Positions 1-9,727 of a stretch of 64,000 bases of DNA are shown here, piece after piece (position 1 is the first letter of the stretch; every line of letters begins with the position of its first letter). Origin of the DNA: an uncultured virus (IMG/VR IMGVR_UViG_3300011223_000001) (Duplodnaviria > Heunggongvirae > Uroviricota > Caudoviricetes). The DNA lies in IMG/VR virus record IMGVR_UViG_3300011223_000001, positions 62,001 through 126,000 of that record. One strand, 5' to 3'. The notes under the pieces were generated by a model. It was not told where the DNA came from, made no database searches, and saw nothing but the letters and a program-made list of their open reading frames with translations. The position numbers and the translations under genes are program-made.

Positions 1-1
1 C

Positions 2-178
2 CACCGCGCCGTTATCCGCTCGTTCTTGCGTGCGGAGCAACCGACTAACGTCGCCGTCTCGGTGCGCCGTGATGAGATCCCATACGGGGGTTCTCGCCCG
101 GTGGCCCTGATGCAGCATTTGTTAGAATGCCGCGGGGTACGCTTCATCTACACGCCTGATAACACACCCGTTCACTGA
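2..178 (+). CDS. 3' end of non-virion RNAP beta subunit, C-terminal half (phiKZ gp71-73-like), partial
   Basis: Frame 2 reads HRAVIRSFLRAEQPTNVAVSVRRDEIPYGGSRPVALMQHLLECRGVRFIYTPD..*, matching the remembered phiKZ gp71-73 C-terminus (..IPFGGSRPVAMFDHLLECSG..); lies directly upstream of the gp74-like gene. Confidence 0.85.
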   Translation, partial: HRAVIRSFLRAEQPTNVAVSVRRDEIPYGGSRPVALMQHLLECRGVRFIYTPDNTPVH

Positions 179-211
179 GCGGGTGTTCCACCAATCAAAC
201 GGAGTTAAGCC

Positions 212-2188
212 ATGGGTTGTTTTGTCGCACGGGATCTTTTGGCTTTGTCAGAAGATGATCTTTGGCGTATTCCCCACGACGAATACCATAAGCTGATCTG
301 CGCTGACGGGGAGTTAGAAATTGTCGGCGCTGACCTCATCAACACAGTACTACTGTGGTACCCGCTGATCGATTACCCTAATGCACCCATCCTCCTGAGC
401 TACGTCCACAGTTCAGAAATGGAGTTCAAGGGCAGTTCGAACCTGGATGTGCTGAACACCATGCTGTGGGGTGTGCACAGCCACTTCGGCGAGCGGGTAG
501 ACCCTGAGCTGTTGGCACTGGCAGCCATCCGTACCATGAACCGCTGGTACAACCTAGTCACGGTTCGTTGTGCACCGTCACAATCGACGATGTCGATCAT
601 TGACGTGTTGGAGGTCATGGATCAACCGGAAATCAAACACGCCAACGCCACCGTCGAGCCGAACCGGCATTCGATCGAGGAAGTGACCTACAAGACCATC
701 GAGCGGGTCCTCAAAGACCCCAACGCATTGCCCCTGAACCCGATTGCCATGGGTATCCGCTGTGGTACTCAAAAGGTCGACCAGGTCAAGCAGTGCTTCG
801 GTCCGCGGGGTTACGTCACCGATATCAACTCGGACATCTTCGAGGAACCCATCCTCAAAGGTTACGTGGAAGGTATCTGGGACCTGTATGGGTCTATGAT
901 CGAATCCCGTTCGGGTACCAAGGCACTGGCCTACAACAAGGAGCTGCTGCGCAACACCGAGTACTTCAACCGAAAGACCCAGCTGATCGCTCAGTACGTG
1001 CGCGGTCTGGCTGAGGGTGATTGCGGTACACCGCACTACCAAGACGTCCCGGTGATCAAGGGCCTGCTCAAGCAGATGGCCGGCAAGTACTACCTCAATC
1101 CACTGACCGGTCAGCTCGACTGGCTGCGGGGCAATGAGGAGCACCTGATCGGTGAAACGATCAAGATGCGTGGTGTGATGACCTGTATCCACCCGGGTAC
1201 TGGCATCATTTGTTCGACATGCTATGGTCGTATGTCGTACAGCATACCACGCCATACCAACATCGGTCAGGTATCGGCCGTACAGGTAGGTGACCAAATC
1301 ACCTCCAACGTACTGTCAACCAAACACACTGACGTCACGTCACGTGTGGACCGACTGCACCTGTCGAAAGTCGAAGGCGACTACCTGCGTTACGGCAAGC
1401 AAGAGGAGGCGCTTTACCTGCGCCAAGAACTGCAAGGTCGCAATGTACGGTTGACCATCGATCGCAACGAGGCCTCGAACCTGGCAGACATCCTGATGCT
1501 CAAGGACCTGTCGGGCTACCCTGTCACCAACGCCACTGAACTCGGGCAGGTGCATATCTCAGCTGAAACAGCTGAGGGAACCGTGTCGGACATACTGACG
1601 GTCTCGCTGTATAACCGTAAGTCCAGTCTGACCACCGAGGTGCTTGAACACCTGCGCAAGCACAAGTGGGAATACGACAACCGCGGTAACATCATCATTG
1701 ATCTGTCAGAGTTTGACATTTCAAAGCCGGTGTTGGTCCTCCCTAACAAACACGTTAACATGTATGAGGTGATGAAGCGCATTCGTTCCTTCCTGCACTC
1801 AGGCAGTGACGACAGCCCTAAATCTACTCTCGATCCGTTGGAATACTCGGGCAAGATCTACCTGAAGAACTTCAAGGACCCAACCACGGGGCTCTTGGTC
1901 TTCGCCAACATGCTCAACGAGAAGTTGAAGATCAACATCGTCCATTGCGAGATTCTGGTCTACGCGATGATGGTGCGCTCGGCTGTAAACCGCGACTACC
2001 GCCTGCCGAAACCTGGCATCAGTGGTGTGTTCGAGAAGTACAACCGCCTCATGCTGAACCGTAGTTTGTCGGGCGCCATGGCGTTTGAAAAGCAACACGA
2101 ACCGTTCAACAACCCAGCTTGCTACTTGACGCTGGACCGTGACGATCACCCGTATGACACCGTTCTCATGGGTGGGAAGATGAACTAA
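212..2188 (+). CDS. non-virion RNAP beta' subunit, C-terminal part (phiKZ gp74-like)
   Basis: beta'-like motifs QCFGPRGYVTD, ESRSGTKAL..TEYFNRK, DCGT, Zn motif C..G.IC..CYG, NIGQVSA..VGDQITSNVLSTKH; GGAG RBS. Confidence 0.9.
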   Translation: MGCFVARDLLALSEDDLWRIPHDEYHKLICADGELEIVGADLINTVLLWYPLIDYPNAPILLSYVHSSEMEFKGSSNLDVLNTMLWGVHSHFGERVDPELLALAAIRTMNRWYNLVTVRCAPSQSTMSIIDVLEVMDQPEIKHANATVEPNRHSIEEVTYKTIERVLKDPNALPLNPIAMGIRCGTQKVDQVKQCFGPRGYVTDINSDIFEEPILKGYVEGIWDLYGSMIESRSGTKALAYNKELLRNTEYFNRKTQLIAQYVRGLAEGDCGTPHYQDVPVIKGLLKQMAGKYYLNPLTGQLDWLRGNEEHLIGETIKMRGVMTCIHPGTGIICSTCYGRMSYSIPRHTNIGQVSAVQVGDQITSNVLSTKHTDVTSRVDRLHLSKVEGDYLRYGKQEEALYLRQELQGRNVRLTIDRNEASNLADILMLKDLSGYPVTNATELGQVHISAETAEGTVSDILTVSLYNRKSSLTTEVLEHLRKHKWEYDNRGNIIIDLSEFDISKPVLVLPNKHVNMYEVMKRIRSFLHSGSDDSPKSTLDPLEYSGKIYLKNFKDPTTGLLVFANMLNEKLKINIVHCEILVYAMMVRSAVNRDYRLPKPGISGVFEKYNRLMLNRSLSGAMAFEKQHEPFNNPACYLTLDRDDHPYDTVLMGGKMN

Positions 2189-2267
2189 CTACCTATAGGC
2201 CCGCCCGGTAGGTAGTTACCTAGTGGACGGAGGTAGTGTGGGGGACTCCAGTCCCCCATGCCTAGAA

Positions 2268-3782
2268 ATGTCAGTTGCTCTTAAGATCGAGAAGTATTCA
2301 CACGGCTGCCGCGTGACTGGGTTCGATGTGGACTCGTTGCACAAAACCACGCGGTTCTTGGAGACCCTCTCACTAAAGGAACCCCAGCGCGTTCAAAACC
2401 GCACGCAGATGGTACTGAAGAAAAAGTACTACGGCATGACGGAGAACAGGCGCGAGCTATTCATCCACCGCAACACCTTGCAAAACTACGTGGGGCATTT
2501 AAGCGAGACTGGCTACCCCACAGCCAAGATTGTGTACAAAGACATTCCGCTACCTACGGCCGCGAATGCTGACTATTTGATCGATGAGAAGTACCAGTTA
2601 CGGGAATACCAGATCCCGATCGTGACTGAACTTTCAGACAGTCTTTACTCCCGACGCCTGGACCTTCAAACAGGCAAAGGAAAGACCTTTACGACCCTTG
2701 CAGCCGTCGCCAAGATGGGTGTGCGGGCCGTTGTAATGATTCCCCCTAAATACTTCGGTATCTGGCGAACTGCACTGCAAGAGACCTATGGGGACTCTGC
2801 CAAATGGCGTGAAGTCTCAGGGGGTGGTGAGCTTAAGAAGTTGATCATCGACGGTCTGGATGGGACAATCACTGAGGAAGTGATCATTGTCTCATGCGTG
2901 TCCTACCGGATCTATATCGAGGCGTATGAGGAATACGCTGAGAACATCGAACAGTCAGGGTATTTGGTACCACCGCCCCGGTTCCATGAAGTCGTCGGTG
3001 CGGGCGTACAGATTAACGACGAGTTCCAAGAAGACCCGGGGCTGTACTTCCGGATCGACGTCTACTCGAACGTTGCCAAACAGATCTACCTGTCGGCTAC
3101 CCCGTATACGGGTAATGCGTACGTCACGCAGATGATCGATGTGATGACTCCTCTGGAAACCCGTTGCACCATTCCGGAGTGGGACCGTTACATCGACGTC
3201 TTGTGGTTGCTGTACAGCGACCCGACCGTCACGGCTAAGGATTACCTGACGCCGTTTAAGAACACCTACAACCATGGTCGCTACGAGACCATGATGATGA
3301 AGAAGCCAAAGCGATTGCAGTTCTACTTCGCTTATGTGCGTAAGGCGATCCAAGGGCTTTACGTCCGGGACCGCCAACCAGGGCAGAAAGCACTGGTGTT
3401 GTGTTACACCACAGCCTTCATCGATGAGCTCACGAAGTTCCTTAAAAAGGAATTCCCTGACCTTGTCATTAACTTCCATTACTCGGGCTGCGACTACAAG
3501 AAGATCCATGACAATGACATCACCATTTCCACGCCGAAATCGGCCGGTACCGGTGTTGACATTCCCAACCTGCGGGAAACTTTCCTGCTGGTGGCCACTG
3601 GTTCTGAAAAGGACTGCGTGCAGATCATGGGTCGGACACGTCCCCTCAAAGGTTGGCCGGATCATACCCCACGTCTGACGGTGCTGGTGTGTAACAACAT
3701 CCCGCAGCACGGTAAGTACATGGAGTCCAACCGCGAGGTCTTCTCCAAGAAAGCCCGCCACCAACACATCGCACGTTTGTAA
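2268..3782 (+). CDS. superfamily 2 helicase (phiKZ gp75-like)
   Basis: LREYQ, Walker A LQTGKGKT, DEFQ, LSATP, GTGVDIPNL, QIMGRTR; start taken at ATG 2268. Confidence 0.9.
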   Translation: MSVALKIEKYSHGCRVTGFDVDSLHKTTRFLETLSLKEPQRVQNRTQMVLKKKYYGMTENRRELFIHRNTLQNYVGHLSETGYPTAKIVYKDIPLPTAANADYLIDEKYQLREYQIPIVTELSDSLYSRRLDLQTGKGKTFTTLAAVAKMGVRAVVMIPPKYFGIWRTALQETYGDSAKWREVSGGGELKKLIIDGLDGTITEEVIIVSCVSYRIYIEAYEEYAENIEQSGYLVPPPRFHEVVGAGVQINDEFQEDPGLYFRIDVYSNVAKQIYLSATPYTGNAYVTQMIDVMTPLETRCTIPEWDRYIDVLWLLYSDPTVTAKDYLTPFKNTYNHGRYETMMMKKPKRLQFYFAYVRKAIQGLYVRDRQPGQKALVLCYTTAFIDELTKFLKKEFPDLVINFHYSGCDYKKIHDNDITISTPKSAGTGVDIPNLRETFLLVATGSEKDCVQIMGRTRPLKGWPDHTPRLTVLVCNNIPQHGKYMESNREVFSKKARHQHIARL

Positions 3783-3789
3783 ACCACCA

Positions 3790-3818
3790 CATAGCCCCTC
3801 CGGTTGGAGGGGGCTATG
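3790..3818. terminator. intergenic hairpin of the CATA...TATG family
   Basis: CATAGCCCCTCC GGTT GGAGGGGGCTATG directly after the helicase stop. Confidence 0.7.
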
Positions 3819-3834
3819 ACGCTTAGGAGCTTTT

Positions 3835-4272
3835 ATGCTGAATGTCTACCTCTTCACTAACCGCAGCGCTGTTACCAAAAATGACCTGCCGACTTATATG
3901 GCCCGGTTTAATGACATCATGCCCGCCGGTTATATCGAAGGCAAAGGTTTCTTCAATGAGTTTCAGTCCACCGAATACTTTAACCGCGGGTTCTTCCATG
4001 TCCGCAATGATGTTCAGGAGCTGAAAGACCGGTTCTACGTTTTGGTGGATTTGGATTTCGACAAGTACCCTGCTGTGGACGGTTATGTCGAACATCGGGT
4101 GTTCCCGTTCTTGAAGGACGAGTTAAACAAAACCCAAGACGCCTTCGATCTTCACATGCTCGAGCGTGTACAGCGAGAGGACGCGGCGCTGTACATCTTC
4201 AAAGGGGACGGCGCGGTGTTAAATGAAGCCATGGCACAGGTCGTGCGCAGCAGTATGAAAGTGGTGGATTGA
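3835..4272 (+). CDS. hypothetical protein
   Basis: 145-aa ORF with AGGAG RBS. Confidence 0.75.
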   Translation: MLNVYLFTNRSAVTKNDLPTYMARFNDIMPAGYIEGKGFFNEFQSTEYFNRGFFHVRNDVQELKDRFYVLVDLDFDKYPAVDGYVEHRVFPFLKDELNKTQDAFDLHMLERVQREDAALYIFKGDGAVLNEAMAQVVRSSMKVVD

Positions 4273-4273
4273 C

Positions 4274-4891
4274 ATGCACGTTGATAATTGGATCGAACGA
4301 GACTTCCTTAGCTACTTCGCGTATCACTATAAAGATGGCACGGTAGACCGCAGTCTTGTTTTCTTAGGGGTGCATTTACTAATACCTAAAGGACAATTGA
4401 ATCTCTCGACGTACCGTACTGGTTTTTTCTCTTCGCTTTACCATACGGTTGCAATCTCTGGTCCACCGACGGATGATTTGATTGAGGACGTTAAACGTAC
4501 CAAATGTTTCCCGTTTCTCAAATTGTTGCTCGGGCGACATGTCGAAAACGAAGAACCGGATGACCAATCTGCCTACAACACCACGGTAAATGGTAAACGG
4601 TACACCATCCAGCGGGTACAACGCTGGACCAGTTATAAACACTTTCGTAAATGGTTGAGTATCAAAGGTACACGGGACGTTGCTTACATCGTGACGAGTA
4701 AGGAAGACACCGAACTACCAACCCACAGTTTCGCAGCCGCGGCATGGATTGATGAGTGTTACACCCCGTCGCCCGAGCAGATCATCCACCAAGCGAAGAA
4801 ATGCTGGGCGCTCACGCAACAACTCCGCAACGACCTCGAAGCCATGGGCTTCAAAAAACGACCAACAGAAGAAGATAAGGACGCACAATGA
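4274..4891 (+). CDS. hypothetical protein
   Basis: 205-aa ORF coupled to its neighbours. Confidence 0.7.
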   Translation: MHVDNWIERDFLSYFAYHYKDGTVDRSLVFLGVHLLIPKGQLNLSTYRTGFFSSLYHTVAISGPPTDDLIEDVKRTKCFPFLKLLLGRHVENEEPDDQSAYNTTVNGKRYTIQRVQRWTSYKHFRKWLSIKGTRDVAYIVTSKEDTELPTHSFAAAAWIDECYTPSPEQIIHQAKKCWALTQQLRNDLEAMGFKKRPTEEDKDAQ

Positions 4892-5364
4892 ACCAGACCC
4901 AAATCGCACGCCTAAACACTCAGCTGGCAGTAGTGGCCCAACAGACGGGACACCTGTATCAACTGGGGTTTGCAGATCAACCAAGCCCATTGCTCGGTGA
5001 GCACTATATGTTCGTTGAGCGTCGGGTGGATGCTACGCGCCAACCGTACATCCGTGAAACATTCGGTATGTGGCTGAACTTCTTGGAACTCAGCCGCCAA
5101 GAAGACCCCGAAGAGCGCTATACCTCAGGCACCGATCCACTGGGGACCCGCATCTGCACAGAATCACTCCTCACGCTCATTTATAGCAGCTCCGTGATCC
5201 AAGAAGCTAGTATTCTGCGTGAAGTGCTCGATGTGATGGCCACCATGGGCTACGTTGCCTACGGCGTGGCCGTGGGTGGTCGTGATGACCATCTGGAAGT
5301 GCGCATCGAACTCTGCGGCGATACCGACCGCTACCACATCGACCTTACTGTCAATACCAAGTGA
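4888..5364 (+). CDS. hypothetical protein
   Basis: ATGA overlap with upstream gene, AAGGA RBS. Confidence 0.75.
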   Translation: MNQTQIARLNTQLAVVAQQTGHLYQLGFADQPSPLLGEHYMFVERRVDATRQPYIRETFGMWLNFLELSRQEDPEERYTSGTDPLGTRICTESLLTLIYSSSVIQEASILREVLDVMATMGYVAYGVAVGGRDDHLEVRIELCGDTDRYHIDLTVNTK

Positions 5365-5371
5365 GACGGGT

Positions 5372-5968
5372 GTGGAACTCAATCCAGAGCTTCTAAGCTT
5401 ACCCAATCTGGCCAGCATACATGGCTGGCCTTACTCTGACGTAAAAGGCGGTAGCCGTACCGCCATGTTCCCACAACACCAAAAGCAAAAGGAAACCACT
5501 GTGTCCCAACCTCTTCAGAAACGCTTTCGCAACGACAAATGGTCCTTCCTGTTCATCCTCAACCAACACCGCCTGGAGTCCAACGTCAAGAACGTCATCG
5601 AGACGCTCTCCGGCGGTAAAGAAGAAAACAAGGCCTTGTTCGAGCGTGTCACCAATGAACAAGGTGACATCAGCCTGGTCTGGAAAGACGACACCCAGCA
5701 ACACACGGTGAAGATCGGCCTTGAGACGTACCGTATCGTCACCGTGAGCTACCCAGTGGTCACGGGTGAAGAGGCCCAGGTTACCGAACACCCGTACACG
5801 CACGAAGACGTGCGCGCGGGTAAAGACTTCGGTCGCTACGTGGTCGATGAATACACCGGCGAGATCGTGCACCGCACTCAGCGTACCAAAGCACCGATCA
5901 AAGCCTTCACCATGGGCTCCAACCCGTACTGGGCTGGCCTCGTTCCTGGCACGCCTAAGCGTACCTAA
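5372..5968 (+). CDS. hypothetical protein; possible N-terminal RNAP-beta-like peptide (alternative start GTG 5501)
   Basis: Open frame with phage-typical codons from 5501 (AAGGA RBS); upstream in-frame segment ELNPELLS...SRTAMFPQHQKQ. Confidence 0.65.
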   Translation: MELNPELLSLPNLASIHGWPYSDVKGGSRTAMFPQHQKQKETTVSQPLQKRFRNDKWSFLFILNQHRLESNVKNVIETLSGGKEENKALFERVTNEQGDISLVWKDDTQQHTVKIGLETYRIVTVSYPVVTGEEAQVTEHPYTHEDVRAGKDFGRYVVDEYTGEIVHRTQRTKAPIKAFTMGSNPYWAGLVPGTPKRT

Positions 5969-5977
5969 GCCGTAAGG

Positions 5978-6028
5978 CGACATAGAGCCCCTCCCATCGG
6001 GAGGGGCCTTATGCCTTTTTTCTTTTTT
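5978..6028. terminator. bidirectional hairpin/terminator, CGACATA...TATGCC plus T tract
   Basis: GCCCCTCCC ATC GGGAGGGGC stem between convergent genes. Confidence 0.8.
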
Positions 6029-6034
6029 GCGTTG

Positions 6035-6562
6035 TTAGGGTTTATCATCACCTAGCATTTGTTTACGTAACTTTTCTTCAGCTTGACTGACTTCACTGCC
6101 ACGCTGACGAATAGTATCCTCAGCCATTTCAATGATGATCATGGCTTGAGGGTAGGGGAGGTCACAGAACACGTCCCATGAATACCCCATTTCGTAGATG
6201 CGATAGGTTTGATAGCGTCGGATAAGGCTGACGATAGGTCCGCCTTCCCAAGTGTTCTCTTTGTCGTGTAATGCCCCAAGTGCCAAAGGACGCATGGGAT
6301 CGGGGCTGTGTATGTGATCGTAGATACCGTAATCGGTTTGGTAAGCCATGAGGCTAAGTTGTGCCGCTGTCGTTGGTCTTATGGCCGGTGTCTCATGCAT
6401 CATCTGGTCAATGATGCCACGGCGCTGTAGCTGTTCAAGCCCAAAGGCACTGAACAACACATGCCCGTTGGGGTCGTCGTCGTTGATGGTCAGACGACTG
6501 TAGCGGGAGTCGTGGTTTACGACAGGATACGGTTGAGCTTCCGGCTTGCCAGCATGAAAAAC
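6035..6562 (-). CDS. phiKZ gp76-like; probable -1 frameshift (GT) part of a tail assembly chaperone
   Basis: Frame open from 6562, first GTG at 6460 has no RBS; motif MGYSWDVFCDLPYPQAMIIIE resembles T4 gp51/GT-type chaperone C-terminal parts. Confidence 0.65.
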   Translation of the reverse strand, partial: VFHAGKPEAQPYPVVNHDSRYSRLTINDDDPNGHVLFSAFGLEQLQRRGIIDQMMHETPAIRPTTAAQLSLMAYQTDYGIYDHIHSPDPMRPLALGALHDKENTWEGGPIVSLIRRYQTYRIYEMGYSWDVFCDLPYPQAMIIIEMAEDTIRQRGSEVSQAEEKLRKQMLGDDKP

Positions 6563-8235
6563 TCAGCCAGCGGGTCGACCTGGATCAGGTTCTCGAACCG
6601 CTCTTTGAACTTAGTCGCTGCCGGGGTGTGGCACGCCGGACAGTTGTGGGAGATGACTGCTGTGATGGCGATCAGGCTACGGTCGATGTAGGCCTTGATC
6701 TTGGTGTTGAACTCTTGCACCAGTTCATCAGCGGAGAACACGTTCGAGAGGGTCTCGGCAATGAACTCTTTGTCGGTGGACAGTACGTTGTAGCCCTCAG
6801 GGGAATCTTCGTCGATGTCGACGATAGCCCTGACCCAATGGGCGTACTCACGGGCCGCGGTGGATTCGGCCAGCTGTTCGATGAACGCCGCACGGTTGCG
6901 ACCTTCAGGTGGTTCGTTGAAGACGCTCTGCGACATATCGATGATGCCGTTGAGCCAAGTGGCACCCAGCTCTTCGTGTTGGTAGGCATCGGGGCTACCC
7001 ACCAAGAAGCCCAGATCACCGATACGGATCAGTTCTTCACGACCGTAGGTGTGCTGCTCCATGTAGGCGGCAAGGTCTTCAGCCGTACGCGGTGCACGCG
7101 CATCGATACGGAAGGCCATGTGACGCTTCTGCCATTGCGTCAGCGCATTGGTGTCTACCCACCACATGTTAACCAAATGGTAAAGCTCTTTGGTGATGTG
7201 GTTGCAAGCACCCAAGTCAGCAACACAAGGGCTGGCATATGGATAACCACCCGGATACAGCGTGGCAGCCAGGCCCAAGAGTAGACCAGGTACGTCGCGC
7301 GTATCGATCATTGGCTTGAGGTCAGTCGGGGTCGCATACGACACGTTGGCTTTGATCACGTGTTGCAGGGCGAAGTCGACCACGATGGTTTTGATGAAGT
7401 GCGAAACGTTCGAGAACGCCAGGCCGCGACTTTCACTGCCGACCTTCACCTTCACATCGGCCACGGCTTGGTGCATGCTGGTCAGTGCCATCAGCGAGGG
7501 CGCACGGAAACGCAACCACAGGCCCGAATGCCAGAGTGGGAAATCGACGGTACCACCCACCCCTGCTTTACGGGTCACGTAAGAGCGCAGTTCTTCGAGG
7601 CTGTACTTACCGTCGTTGGCCAGACGTTGTTTCGGAATACCACCGGAGATGTGTTTGCCATCGACATCGACGGTTTGCGACCAGAGCGCCTCGTCACGCA
7701 TCAACGATGCAGTGTTTCGGTCATCTGCTCCTACACGGTTGGCCAATGCACCCAACAGCAGTCGCAGGTGTGGGTTACCTTGATCGTCTGGGATCTCATC
7801 GACCCGGCGTGACAGTGCCGCGGCCAGTTGGCCTTCGGTTTCCAACATGCGGCTCATGACGGCCGCGTTCTGCTTCATGGCTTCACCAACCACTTCCGCG
7901 GTTTCGCGCAGCATGGCGATGCAGTCTTGCAGTGCCGGCTCTTTGTCGGTAATGGGTTTGGTGAGCGGACGAACGCTCGGTGCCACAAACGCTTGCTTCT
8001 TGCTCGGTGGCGTGAACGGTTCGATCGGCTCAGGTTCGCCGTCATAGGGTTCTTCTGCCCCATTGCCTGCTTCACCTACCGTGATGTCAGCCTCAGCCGC
8101 TGGGAGATCCTGCGGTTCTGTGCCGGCAGTACCAGGTTCACCTGAACTAGCCTCAGGATGGACATCGACTGGCAGCGTACCAGTCAGGGTTTCGGCTTCA
8201 GTAGCTTGCTTACTTGGATCTTCAGGCGACTGCAT
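6517..8235 (-). CDS. conserved phiKZ gp77-like protein; T4 gp26-like/tail chaperone-type C-terminus
   Basis: Long ORF with acidic N-terminus and C-terminal CPAC ... DPLAEFF; synteny. Confidence 0.8.
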   Translation of the reverse strand: MQSPEDPSKQATEAETLTGTLPVDVHPEASSGEPGTAGTEPQDLPAAEADITVGEAGNGAEEPYDGEPEPIEPFTPPSKKQAFVAPSVRPLTKPITDKEPALQDCIAMLRETAEVVGEAMKQNAAVMSRMLETEGQLAAALSRRVDEIPDDQGNPHLRLLLGALANRVGADDRNTASLMRDEALWSQTVDVDGKHISGGIPKQRLANDGKYSLEELRSYVTRKAGVGGTVDFPLWHSGLWLRFRAPSLMALTSMHQAVADVKVKVGSESRGLAFSNVSHFIKTIVVDFALQHVIKANVSYATPTDLKPMIDTRDVPGLLLGLAATLYPGGYPYASPCVADLGACNHITKELYHLVNMWWVDTNALTQWQKRHMAFRIDARAPRTAEDLAAYMEQHTYGREELIRIGDLGFLVGSPDAYQHEELGATWLNGIIDMSQSVFNEPPEGRNRAAFIEQLAESTAAREYAHWVRAIVDIDEDSPEGYNVLSTDKEFIAETLSNVFSADELVQEFNTKIKAYIDRSLIAITAVISHNCPACHTPAATKFKERFENLIQVDPLAEFFMLASRKLNRILS

Positions 8236-8764
8236 CGATTTCTTTCTCCAGGGTAGGCAGGTACTCACGCTCAACGACGCCAGCCAAGGACTGCATCAGG
8301 GGGTGAATACCGTTTTCATAGTGCGTGGCCAGTTTGTTGTAGCCATCGGCCAACAGCAATACATCGGTAGTCTCTTCCGGCTCTGGCTGACCGGTCTTGT
8401 CCTTGTGCAGGTCGTGCAGCACCGTCAGGTTGTCGTGGAAGTTGCTGATGTCGGTGCACAGCGTGTTGAACCCGCGGTGGAAGCTTTCAGGGTCGCTCAG
8501 GGTGGCTTTGATGTTGACCATGTCACGCTTGACTGGTACAACCCAACCGGCCGTACCCAGGATCAGGTTACCGCAGTTGGCGTACAGTTCGTTGAGGATA
8601 TCGTAGCCTTGTTCAGACTTCAGCACGGCATCTGCGGTGACGCTGGCCATGTCGTTGACTTGGGCGACTACTTTACGTTTTTCTTCTACTGGAAGGTTGT
8701 CGAAGTTATCCAGGGTAGCTTGGTCCGGTACTGCGATGGCCTTACCTTCGATCAGCTTACTCAT
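8222..8764 (-). CDS. conserved hypothetical protein (phiKZ gp79-like by position)
   Basis: AGGAG/GAGG RBS, helical 180-aa ORF. Confidence 0.75.
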   Translation of the reverse strand: MSKLIEGKAIAVPDQATLDNFDNLPVEEKRKVVAQVNDMASVTADAVLKSEQGYDILNELYANCGNLILGTAGWVVPVKRDMVNIKATLSDPESFHRGFNTLCTDISNFHDNLTVLHDLHKDKTGQPEPEETTDVLLLADGYNKLATHYENGIHPLMQSLAGVVEREYLPTLEKEIDAVA

Positions 8765-8872
8765 CCTCTGCTCCTACGCGTTATTGGACGTTGACATATA
8801 TATTGCAATAATAGGTAAAATCCCACCGTACTGTGAAACCTTATGTAAACCAACTCTAATGGATAATAAACC

Positions 8873-9727
8873 ATGCAGGACATTTTCAAAGAACGTATGG
8901 GTGCCCGCATGCCGTGGGAGCAGTTGGAGTTAGGGTTGGAAACAATTGCCCTATTCGAACAGTTAGGCTTCACGGCGCCCTTTGAACCACTGCAAGAAAT
9001 CTTTGAAGTGGGTACCGCAGTTATCGACAATGAACAGATGGTGTCGCGCGTGCTGACGTGCCTGTCTGATTCGTTGGACGATTTGCTGTTAGCGTTCGGT
9101 GTCGAGGTGGGTGAGTCAACCCCACTGACCTTTAAGAACACCTTGGTCAAAACACTGTCCCAGTTGCCTGACTATTACCTCCCCAGTGAAATCCTCAACG
9201 TCATCGAAGCCTCGACCGACCATGAAGAAACACTGGCGCAGTTAATCGAACTCACCCAAGGGGTTATTGTCGAGGAGTCGCTTGATTACCTCTATGCGGT
9301 CAACGAACAGGTGATCCCTAAGCTTCAACAAATCATGCGTCAAAAGTACGGCATGGAAGAAGCATTGTCGCCGGTAACGGATCAGGCGATAGGTATCGAC
9401 GCCAAGCGGGTGATTAACATCAACCGACTGTTGCACGACCCGCGAGCGCGGAATCATGTTAGCGCATTGCGTGAGTTGATCGAGGCGGGTGCTTGCAGTG
9501 GGGCTGATTTTGAACCCCTGGTGCACCAGTACGCCATGGAGCTGACACTTCAGCCTGCGGATCATATGACCTATGAACTGCTGGGCTTGGCCCTGTTTAG
9601 CAAGTTACCGCCTGAAGAATGGATCACACAAGTCCAAAAGGCGGCCGGCGAGTTCACGGACCTACAATCCGACCATCGCAAGATCGAAGCTGTCCTCGAC
9701 GGCTATAAGGTCTTCTTCGAGATGTGA
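8873..9727 (+). CDS. conserved hypothetical protein
   Basis: 284-aa acidic helical ORF overlapping the RNAP gene start. Confidence 0.8.
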   Translation: MQDIFKERMGARMPWEQLELGLETIALFEQLGFTAPFEPLQEIFEVGTAVIDNEQMVSRVLTCLSDSLDDLLLAFGVEVGESTPLTFKNTLVKTLSQLPDYYLPSEILNVIEASTDHEETLAQLIELTQGVIVEESLDYLYAVNEQVIPKLQQIMRQKYGMEEALSPVTDQAIGIDAKRVININRLLHDPRARNHVSALRELIEAGACSGADFEPLVHQYAMELTLQPADHMTYELLGLALFSKLPPEEWITQVQKAAGEFTDLQSDHRKIEAVLDGYKVFFEM

